A DNA stretch of 63,968 nt, counting the filler, from Cercozoa sp. M6MM (Eukaryota; Protista; Endomyxa: Ascetosporea): NCBI GenBank assembly GCA_040357565.1. It is 9 parts of 9 records of this genome, joined end to end, with 100 filler letters (N's around TTAATTAATTAA, not from the genome) between each part and the next. Parts side by side here need not be neighbours in the genome. Positions count along the whole stretch, not along the records: positions 55,763 to 60,796 come from JBDODJ010000989.1; positions 60,897 to 62,852 come from JBDODJ010001878.1; positions 62,953 to 63,968 come from JBDODJ010002227.1; 6 more parts are not named here. One strand, written 5' to 3'. Under the pieces are notes generated by a model that was not told where the DNA came from, did no database searches, and saw only the letters and a program-made list of their open reading frames with translations. The translations under genes were made by a program, and so were the position numbers. Below, piece by piece: positions 55,764 through 63,968 of this stretch; position 1 is the first letter of the stretch, and each line of letters starts with the position of its first letter.

Positions 55764-56351
55764 TGTTACAGCATAAACCACTGTATCCGCGCGGAAGCAA
55801 CCCAACAACTTAAAAAATCCTCAAAAAGAGGTGTGGAAGATTTTGACGTGTGTTCGCTGGTATCCTGACCTACTGAGAGCTTCAGTCCAGACTGTGGAAC
55901 ACCTGTGTTTGAGTAGGGAAGCCTTGAGCAAGCTTTTTGCAGCTGAACTCAAAGAAGGGCTCTCTCTCGACCAGGTAATCTGATCTCTCCAGGACCAGTT
56001 GTCTTCGCTTCTACCTGTCCTCTGCCTTTCCAGGGGCCCTTCTTTTCTTTACTTCCAACTCAAGTACTTCTGAATCCTCACTACTCAGTTCTCACGACGC
56101 CTTTCCGTCTCAAGGACCCTTTATACTGACTGTCCTTTCTACAGTTTCCATCTGACGGGTGACTGTCCCGTCCACCACAAGTGCTTTGCCGCCCAACTGA
56201 ACCGTTGGGGTAACTCACTCTTTCAAACTGACACTTGGCCACTCTTCCTCCAAGAACAGACTTTATTACGTTCCTTAGTTTTTTTGTATCACTGGCAAAG
56301 TACCCTTAGTTTACCAAGGCCTGATCCCTATCAGAGAGGGCTGCGGTAACA
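55764..56351 (+). repeat. LTR subfamily A (588 bp)
   Basis: TGTTAC...GTAACA inverted termini. The first 46 bp recur at 60751 and the full length recurs at 11601-12188. Confidence 0.95.
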
Positions 56352-56354
56352 TTT

Positions 56355-56371
56355 TGGTACGAGATCCGAGG
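56355..56371 (+). promoter_or_regulatory. Primer binding site, possibly tRNA-iMet-like
   Basis: TGGTACGAGATCCGAGG begins 3 nt after the LTR. TGGTA fits an A73 / A1:U72 tRNA, but the cognate tRNA is not verified. Confidence 0.6.
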
Positions 56372-56449
56372 AGGGGATCTGGCCAGTCTAGCGTCGCAAG
56401 ACAGCAACCTCGCGACACGCCTGTCGAAAAACAAAAAAGAAAAACCAAG

Positions 56450-59400
56450 ATGGCAGACTCGATTGACACCGACTCTGAAATCCCGCATCTTGAAGATTTC
56501 CGACAAACTGATACGAAACCCGACATCCTCGTGAGATGCCTAGATGCACTTCGACGTCGGCAAGACCAAGCCGACGAAAAGATCGCGCAAGTTTCCTCGC
56601 TAGCTGAGATAGTCAAAGACTTGCAGGCGACAACCGAAAAACAAAACACAGCGATTCACCAATTGCTGCTAAGCCAAACGCGTCTTGAACAACTTCTACG
56701 CAACCAAGAAGTGCCGATGGAGATAAGTGACTCTGACACGGTCACTACTGAAACCGGACTCCATCAAGCCGTCGTGCCAAGAACGAAGCTTGACCCTCTT
56801 CACTTTTCGACGAAACAATTGGTCACACGTTTCAAGACAAACTTCGCTGAATTGGAGCAAAAACTCCTCTCTAACCATTCGGTCGGAATTCAGTCGGCCC
56901 ATTTGAAAGCGCTCGATCTTTTGATGCGTGACGTTGGGGTCTTCACGATCAAGAACACCGATCTACCAATCGTCGAACTTGAAACGATGAAAAACTCTTT
57001 CTTGAAAAGCATCTCGATGAATTCTCTCGTTGCCCAGCTACCCATGAGCATCGTGGTGGAGAGATTTGCTACCAAGATCAAAGGACGTCTTGAAAGCATC
57101 GTCCGACTTTTCTTTTTCGAAAAGTCGCAACACGAGCGAACAGTGTCCGCACTTGTTGAGTATTTGCAACAGTCGATCGAAACTCAACTGTCGCATACAC
57201 TTGTTGCCGAAGCGCGTGACGCGTTGTGTAAACTGCGTTGCGGCTCCTTGGAAGATGCCAACGACTTCATTTTTCCGTTCATGGATCGTCTACAAGTATA
57301 TGCCGCAGTGTCTGACAGCATTCCTTCGGATGCCGAGGCTATTGCAATCTTGCGCGCGGCTCTCCCACCAACGTTGTTGCCTCTCTTTGATGAGAAGACG
57401 CTAGAGCACCGCCAAGATCACCCCGAACAACCACAAACGATCGGTTGGGCTCTTCATTACGCATTACGACGGGCACACTCCACATGGAAGCGTTCTTTTA
57501 CGACTCGCCAAGTTCACTCAAAGAAAGCCTCTGACTTTGCCCTAACTCGAACAAAGCGTTCCTTGAAGTCGCTCAACCAACTCACAGAACTCCCGCAACT
57601 GACAAAGAAACCGTGCCAGTGTTCAGTCTGTGGCACTCTGGGCCACACTTCTGACCAGTGTTGGACCGCCCATCCTGAACTTGCGCCCGTTCGTTTGCGC
57701 GAGTACTACTTGCAACAGAACAAGGAGTTGCAAGCATTTGTAGCGTCTAATCGGAAGACAAAGTCGAAATCGAAAGCTGGCTCGCCTTTCTCCAAACCAA
57801 CTGAAAAGGCAACAACTTCCTTGACTCTCCACTTCACGAAGGAAAGTGAAGAGACGAGCCTCCCATCTTTTGCTTTCGACGCGACCCTTGGTGACTCATC
57901 AACAAAGTTCCAATGCCTGTTCGACACCGGAGCACGCGTTGATCGCTTCGACTTGCTTCTCGAACGGGGAGCTTACCAAACACTTCGAAATCAAGGCGAA
58001 GTAAAACGCTTCAAGCGAATGTCCAAAGGTGACTTCGTGATTGTCGCAGGAGGCAATAAGATCTCTCGAAACCGCCTCCCGATCATTGGTGAAATCCAAT
58101 CGTCTCTGACTGTCAAAGATGACGACGGGCATACTTTAACCATCCCTTGTCGAGTGGCAGTCATTGAGCACCTGAATGCGCAGCAAGAAGCCATTGTCAC
58201 ACAATCTTTCATTGTCAAAAACAGTGTCACAATGCACTGTCTGAATATTGGCAGCTACTTTGAACTGAAGAAGTTCAACTTCAAACTTCCAATGGCAAAA
58301 CGTCGTCTGTACGACTCGAAGAAGCAGTCGTGCCACGCGTTTGCACTTTTGCCTGTGCTCACCGCCGCTTGTACTGCACCTGTGACCTTGCCCCCGAAAA
58401 ACGCTATGCGAGTGCCTTTTGAATTCAATGTCGATGCTCTCCCGAGCACAGTTTCGGCATTGACGTTGGATCTCGACTGCTCCGTTGGCTCGTCTTTGCT
58501 CAAGTTCGATATCAAGGACTCGATTTCCAAATTTTCCTTCCCGGTGTACAATGACACAACTGAAGTCGTTCGGCTGGCACCTGGAGATCCCATTGGACAA
58601 CTCGAGTGTTTCTTTTCGGAAGATCACGAACTGGTCTCCACGAGTGAAGTGTCGAACTCGGACAAGACCTCTTTCATCGACCCTGCCTTGGAGCACGCTT
58701 TTGCACTGTCACCGCTTCGAGACACGCTTCCGCCGTCTATTCGCGCACAGATCGAAAAAGACATGCAAGTTGCACACGACCTGTGTCTAAAAGACGAGTA
58801 CTGGGAAGACGACTATCAAGCAGGTCGTGAAGCTGTTGAACGAATTGAGATAGGGGACCACTTAAGCGAAAATGAAGCCCTCCAAGTGCGCTCTCTACTC
58901 CGACATTTCTCAGACGTGTTCTCTTCTCCAAGAACGATGCATGTGAAGCCTGTGAAAGTGAAAATGAAAGCTGACGCAATACCTGGCGTCACCACACCAC
59001 GATATCGTTCCCCCCATATGGAGAAGAAAGCTGAGGTTTTACCTCGCTTTGGAAGATACGAAACTGACAAATGTGCAGACTCAAAGACCACTTCTGACCC
59101 CGAGTTCCTTTTAACTCGCAGTGACACACACATTGACAACTGTGACAACTTTCTCGCGGACATCGCTGAGCCTGAACACCAAGAGATGTTTGAACTCCCT
59201 TCCGTGACGGAGTTCGCAAACAGTCAGAAGGAGGACCCTGCACTTCAAACTGTCTTCGAGTATCTCAAAAATCCCGAAGATGTTCCATTCAACAGAATCC
59301 CTGACCTCTTACGACCGCTTTTACACCGCTTTCTCACACAAGGAGAAGAAGAAGTGTTGCTCTTTCGAAACGACAACGAAAGGCTTGTTCGTGTTGTTCC

Positions 59401-60763
59401 TGAAGACCTTCAGTGGAGCGTGTTGCATTTCTTTCACGACTCCCCTTTTTCCGCCCATGTCGGAAATCCAAAGCTCATAGCGTCACTCGAGCAACGATTC
59501 TGGTGGCCCGGTCTTCGCAAGGACGCGCGAGAGTTCGTCAAGAGCTGCGTCACCTGTCAGCTCCAAAAAGCAGCATCCGCTCGCGGCGCCATTCCTCTGA
59601 AATCCTTCGTGGCCACGCGACCATTTCAAATCGTCGGCATTGACCTCGTTGGACCTCTTCCTCCTGACGAAGACGAGTACACTTGGGTCTTTGTGTGTAT
59701 CGACAAGTTTAGTCGCCTCGTCGAAACGGTTCCTATGAGATCGACTACTGCCGAAGACATGGCGAAAGCAACTGTCCCGATCTGGCTTCGGTATGGAATT
59801 CCTGATTCAGTTCTGTCCGATCGCGACCCTCGCTTTCTTTCGTTGCTCTTCGACGAAGTTCGGAAAGTGCTCCATGTGAAATCTTTGAGAACCACTGCGT
59901 ATCATCCACAGTGCAATGGCGTCACTGAACGCTTCAATCGCTTTCTCAGCACTGCACTGGCGATGCTCACTCGCCAATTCAAGGATGATGAAATGCAGCA
60001 TTGGTCGACTCTACTACCGCTTGTGACATTCGCCTACAATGCTACTCCGAACTTCGCCACGAAACTTGCCCCTTTCGAAATTGTCTTTGGTCGAAAGCCG
60101 CGATTTCCAACCGAAGAAACTACTGTCTTTCACCACAATAAACACCTCGCAGTGTCGGAATCTGCCGAAAGCTACCTTCGACACTTGAAGAAAAACCTTC
60201 GTCGACTCTTGAAAATGGCCGACGAAAATCAACGAAAATACGCAAAGACTTACGCAACTGACAAAATAGACGAAAAGCAACGTTATCTGTCTGGTGACAC
60301 GGTGCTTCGATCAATTGCGAAAGTCCCGGCTCCCGTTGATCGACCACGAGGCACGAAGAAGTTTCTCGCTCGTTGGGACGGTCCCTGGATCATCATCAAA
60401 CGACTTCCCAATGGTGTGAACTACCTGGTCACCAATGGCGAGCGAAAACGCGTGCTGAACGTCCGAGACATGAAACCTTACTTTGGCGAAGATGCCTCCC
60501 GCCTACGAAGATTGAACAGGCGAAAGACAGAAACAGCCACTGTCTCCGACGATGCATACCCTCGAATCATCGAAAAACGACTCCTCGCGGATTCTCCTCC
60601 TGAGTACAAGGTCCAGTTCGAGCCTGATGGCGACGCAACATGGTTGGCGCGCGAATACATCAGCCTGGACATGTTGAAAAAGTTCGAAAAACACGAAGCT
60701 TCGGCTCGCACGCGACGAGCACTGCGCCGTGCGACCTTGGAGGGGCGGGATGTTACAGCATAA
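56450..60763 (+). CDS. Gag-protease-dUTPase-like-integrase-chromodomain polyprotein (1437 aa, intronless, no RT/RH)
   Basis: CX2CX4HX4C at 57620-57661; LFDTGA at 57923; HHCC at 59435-59557; D..D-x35-E at 59642/59819/59927; GPY/F-type RWDGPW near 60375; chromodomain YPRIIEKR..EYKVQF..ATWL at ~60555-60690. Confidence 0.95.
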   Translation: MADSIDTDSEIPHLEDFRQTDTKPDILVRCLDALRRRQDQADEKIAQVSSLAEIVKDLQATTEKQNTAIHQLLLSQTRLEQLLRNQEVPMEISDSDTVTTETGLHQAVVPRTKLDPLHFSTKQLVTRFKTNFAELEQKLLSNHSVGIQSAHLKALDLLMRDVGVFTIKNTDLPIVELETMKNSFLKSISMNSLVAQLPMSIVVERFATKIKGRLESIVRLFFFEKSQHERTVSALVEYLQQSIETQLSHTLVAEARDALCKLRCGSLEDANDFIFPFMDRLQVYAAVSDSIPSDAEAIAILRAALPPTLLPLFDEKTLEHRQDHPEQPQTIGWALHYALRRAHSTWKRSFTTRQVHSKKASDFALTRTKRSLKSLNQLTELPQLTKKPCQCSVCGTLGHTSDQCWTAHPELAPVRLREYYLQQNKELQAFVASNRKTKSKSKAGSPFSKPTEKATTSLTLHFTKESEETSLPSFAFDATLGDSSTKFQCLFDTGARVDRFDLLLERGAYQTLRNQGEVKRFKRMSKGDFVIVAGGNKISRNRLPIIGEIQSSLTVKDDDGHTLTIPCRVAVIEHLNAQQEAIVTQSFIVKNSVTMHCLNIGSYFELKKFNFKLPMAKRRLYDSKKQSCHAFALLPVLTAACTAPVTLPPKNAMRVPFEFNVDALPSTVSALTLDLDCSVGSSLLKFDIKDSISKFSFPVYNDTTEVVRLAPGDPIGQLECFFSEDHELVSTSEVSNSDKTSFIDPALEHAFALSPLRDTLPPSIRAQIEKDMQVAHDLCLKDEYWEDDYQAGREAVERIEIGDHLSENEALQVRSLLRHFSDVFSSPRTMHVKPVKVKMKADAIPGVTTPRYRSPHMEKKAEVLPRFGRYETDKCADSKTTSDPEFLLTRSDTHIDNCDNFLADIAEPEHQEMFELPSVTEFANSQKEDPALQTVFEYLKNPEDVPFNRIPDLLRPLLHRFLTQGEEEVLLFRNDNERLVRVVPEDLQWSVLHFFHDSPFSAHVGNPKLIASLEQRFWWPGLRKDAREFVKSCVTCQLQKAASARGAIPLKSFVATRPFQIVGIDLVGPLPPDEDEYTWVFVCIDKFSRLVETVPMRSTTAEDMAKATVPIWLRYGIPDSVLSDRDPRFLSLLFDEVRKVLHVKSLRTTAYHPQCNGVTERFNRFLSTALAMLTRQFKDDEMQHWSTLLPLVTFAYNATPNFATKLAPFEIVFGRKPRFPTEETTVFHHNKHLAVSESAESYLRHLKKNLRRLLKMADENQRKYAKTYATDKIDEKQRYLSGDTVLRSIAKVPAPVDRPRGTKKFLARWDGPWIIIKRLPNGVNYLVTNGERKRVLNVRDMKPYFGEDASRLRRLNRRKTETATVSDDAYPRIIEKRLLADSPPEYKVQFEPDGDATWLAREYISLDMLKKFEKHEASARTRRALRRATLEGRDVTA
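60739..60750 (+). promoter_or_regulatory. Polypurine tract
   Basis: GGAGGGGCGGGA directly precedes the TGTTACA of the 3' LTR. Confidence 0.85.
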
Positions 60764-61042
60764 ACCACTGTATCCGCGCGGAAGCAACCCAACAACNNNN
60801 NNNNNNNNNNNNNNNNNNNNNNNNNNNNNNNNNNNNNNNNTTAATTAATTAANNNNNNNNNNNNNNNNNNNNNNNNNNNNNNNNNNNNNNNNNNNNCCCA
60901 CCGACTATCCCCACCGTACCCCACCCTGCCTTACCCCCCAGAGGGGTGCGGGGGGGATCGTCGGTGGGGGTTGAAAGGGGGGGGGGGAGTAAGGTGGGGG
61001 AAAGTGAGGTAGGGTGGGAGGAAGGTGGGGGGTAAGACCCAC

Positions 61043-62787
61043 CTCAGCACGTGGCACAGCTCTGCGTGCACAGCAGGCGCGGCGCAGACCTCCTCGTCGC
61101 GGTGGTCGGCACCGGCTGCTTCGAGCGACCTGCCGCCGTCGTCGTCGTCGCCCATCTGGTTCTACAGTGGGTGATGGGGGGGGGTAGGGTAGGTAGGGTG
61201 GGGTAGGAGGGTAGGGGTACCAAGACATGACGCGGCAGACGGCGCGCGTCGACTTGAGTCAGCAGGTGCAGTCGGCGCACGATGCGACGAGTCTGCAGAG
61301 TCTGCGTCTGCGTCGACAGTGTCTCTGCATCTGTGCATGTGCATATACATATATATATATATATTAATAGATATATATTTAGAGATATTTATATATAATT
61401 GTATATACTTATATATATATTTGTATATATTAATATATATTTATATATATTTGTATATATTAATATATTATATATATTTATACATATTTGTATATCTATG
61501 TATATATTTAGATATATTTATATATTTATATATCTTTATATATATTTATATATCTATGTATATAAATAAAAGGATAGGTACAGAGAGTATAGACAAATGT
61601 ACCCACAAGACACAGAGCGGCCAGGAGTGAGGGACACGTGGCGACCACGTGGTCCAGTGCGCACGTGTCACTCAGTAGTCGCAGTTGACTAGACATACAC
61701 AGGTGCACATGGTCACTGGGCCACCATTGGCACGTGCTGACAGAGGACAGGTCTTACGCAGTGACGTCGCGGAAGGCGCGCATGAAGAGACAGGCGCCGC
61801 GTGCGCACCGAGTGTGCGACAGGGCCGTGCCGAGCAGTGACTGCACCACCTGCAGCAGCGCACCGCGCATGCGCACCGTCACTCCTGCCACATGCGTACC
61901 ATGATATGTATGCGTATACGGATATGTACATGCACATGTATCTGTATATGCAAATGTATATGTTTATTACATAAATAAATGTAAGTACACTCTGTCGATA
62001 TATGTGTCTGCGGATAAGTAAATGTGTATGTAGATGTATAAGGACATTATAAGCATAGTATGAAAGTGATATATGTACATGCGTAGGTGTTTATTGATAT
62101 ATATATATATAGAGATATGTATATGTACGTATACATGTACATGTACATGTATATCTATATGCACAAGTGTATAACACACCTCGATCGCGTCGTCGGTCCT
62201 GGGCCTGCCAGAGTGAGACGAGGTGTCGCACTAGCGCCGCCTGCTGTGCCCGGGTCAGACCAGTGCACGAGGCAGGGGAGGAGGTAGGGGGCGAGGCAGG
62301 GGACGAGGAAGGGGACGGGGCAGAGTGCACAGGCGCACGCAGCAGCAGCGCCAGCACGGCGCAGTCGCCTTCGAAGTGCGCGCGTCGCTCGTCCTTGTCG
62401 AGCGCGTTGCAGGCCAGCTGCGCCACCAGCACGCCCAGCAGTCGGTCGCGAGTGTGCGCGTACAGCGGCACTCGCTGCCGCACATCCGCCCTGGCAGAGG
62501 GAAGTGGAGGTTCTTTCACACAGACGCGGACAGAGAGAGAGAGAGAGAGAGAGAGAGTGAGGGAGAGGGAGAGGGAGAGGGAGAGGGAGAGGGAGAGGGA
62601 GAGGGAGAGGGAGAGGGAGGGAGGCAGGGAGAGGAGGGGAAGGGAGGGAAAGGACTAGGTTACCTCTGCAGGGCAAATGCCAGCAGTCGCATGTAGTCCA
62701 GTCGGTTCGGACAGTAGACACCGCCGCCACGCAGGTTGAGTGCCACGGCGTCAAAAACGTTGGTGCTCAGCAGCATTGGTTGCTGCC
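61043..62787 (-). CDS. Internal exons of a hypothetical helical protein
   Basis: GC-rich exons (RDRLLGVLVAQLACNALDKDERRAHFEGDCAVLALLL) separated by (TA)n-, (CT)n- and C-rich introns. Confidence 0.5.
61343..61570. repeat. Degenerate (TA)n intronic tract
   Basis: About 230 nt, almost entirely A/T. Confidence 0.9.
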
Positions 62788-62814
62788 GTCACACACACAT
62801 ACTTATCAGTCATC

Positions 62815-62852
<38 letters not shown>

Positions 62853-62952
62853 NNNNNNNNNNNNNNNNNNNNNNNNNNNNNNNNNNNNNNNNNNNNTTAA
62901 TTAATTAANNNNNNNNNNNNNNNNNNNNNNNNNNNNNNNNNNNNNNNNNNNN

Positions 62953-63002
<50 letters not shown>

Positions 63003-63926
63003 TGTGTTTGTGTGTTTGTGTGTGCAGACTTGGCTTTCACGAAAAATGGCGTCAGGTATAGCCGAAGAGGAAAGCTAATCTTTTCTACTTGAGACTTGTG
63101 ATCGTAAAATGTAGGAAGTTTTCAGTCCTTTACGGAACACAAGTACATGCACTATAAACGATGAAGAAAATCGAGGGCAGAAGAAATTGGTACTATAGGA
63201 GGTGTTTGATGAGGCACTGAGCGCGCTCCACACGGCGCTAGGCTTCTTTGAGTTGTATTGACAAGCACATAAATTTACAGAGTTATAACATATCACGTAT
63301 ACTTGGTGTGCGCGTGACTCAAATAGAAAGCCTGCTTGGACGATGCAAATACCCGGCTACAGCGCGTACGACACAGACACCATCGCATTTATGCCGGGGC
63401 TGATCGAGTATCTGCAAGACCCTGCCAACACGAAGGACACTGGTACTGTAACAGCAGCAACTCAAATGGCTTGAGTCACTGAATTTGTCTGTCATTTGAG
63501 TCGCCGAACTAAATAAGTGGATATACATTTACGTTTAATCACAGCCGTAGTCTTGGCAGCATATCCCGGAGTACCTTTTTTCACGACCTTCGATCGCCTC
63601 TCATTGGAAAATTGTTTGTATTAAATACATACTCGGGCACTGCGCAGGTAGTCCAAACGATCCTTGAACAACTCCCACAGTACCCAGAAGCAAAGCGCGC
63701 CTTCTTCTCACAATCTCAGTTTCTGATCCCCAGGTACTTCAGTTTGCACCACCTTTCTCATAGTTTGAAAACAGTGACACGTTTTTTTGGATTCTGGTGC
63801 TCTAGCATAGGGTCGTTGTTTCTGTTCCCACCAAACAGCAACATGTTTGTTGACGGAAGCTACTCTAGCTCTGAAATGTCGAAATTAATTGGGGTATTAA
63901 TGCACAAATTTAGATAAAATTACAAG

Positions 63927-63968
<42 letters not shown>

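Larger units (their letters stand above)
55764..60796 (+). mobile_element. Ty3/gypsy (chromovirus-like) LTR element lacking RT and RNase H
   Basis: LTR 55764-56351, PBS, single ORF, PPT, and the start of the 3' LTR at 60751-60796. Confidence 0.93.

Noticed and set aside
56352-56385. Tf1-type self-priming PBS
   Set aside because: Only GATCTC and ACCA partial complementarity to the LTR (near 55982-55997); no contiguous match seen.
56450-60763. Ginger/Polinton-type DNA transposon as an explanation for integrase without RT
   Set aside because: Direct LTRs, PBS, PPT, a Gag zinc knuckle and a residual pre-RT linker indicate LTR-retrotransposon origin.
63020-63920. Possible exons in the last contig fragment
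   Set aside because: Could not build a consistent spliced frame or recognise a family.

Overview
Eukaryotic, protist-like genomic DNA with compact, very intron-dense genes (mostly 50-80 nt GT-AG introns, standard genetic code). The window is not one contiguous locus. Eight N-flanked TTAATTAATTAA linkers (4309, 10203, 24303, 40198, 41519, 55707, 60841, 62897) join separate contigs. Host genes recognised: PP2C, an MDR/quinone-oxidoreductase-type dehydrogenase, diacylglycerol kinase, an At5g11700-like membrane protein, a NAA50-like GNAT and a second GNAT, NADP-glutamate dehydrogenase, a POT/PTR transporter, La protein, a URB2-like protein, an orphan mitochondrial protein, tripeptidyl-peptidase II, a CARMIL-like LRR protein, capping protein beta, a probably dual-targeted seryl-tRNA synthetase, a membrane RING-H2 ligase and RabGGTase alpha. 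The most unusual feature is an LTR element (55764-60796) with one intact 1437-aa ORF: Gag-CCHC, protease, dUTPase-like domain, integrase and chromodomain. Reverse transcriptase and RNase H are missing, with the reading frame preserved. Related solo LTRs of two subfamilies (6-bp vs 4-bp TSD) and an A/B chimeric LTR suggest an RT-less element that keeps its own capsid and integrase and borrows RT from a helper. Other signals are a recurrent TCCGCGCGGA palindrome, TTACCCC-filled introns, a 5-nt micro-exon, a MITE-like hairpin and LINE-like (TAAC)n-tailed remnants. All calls are by eye; no database searches were run.
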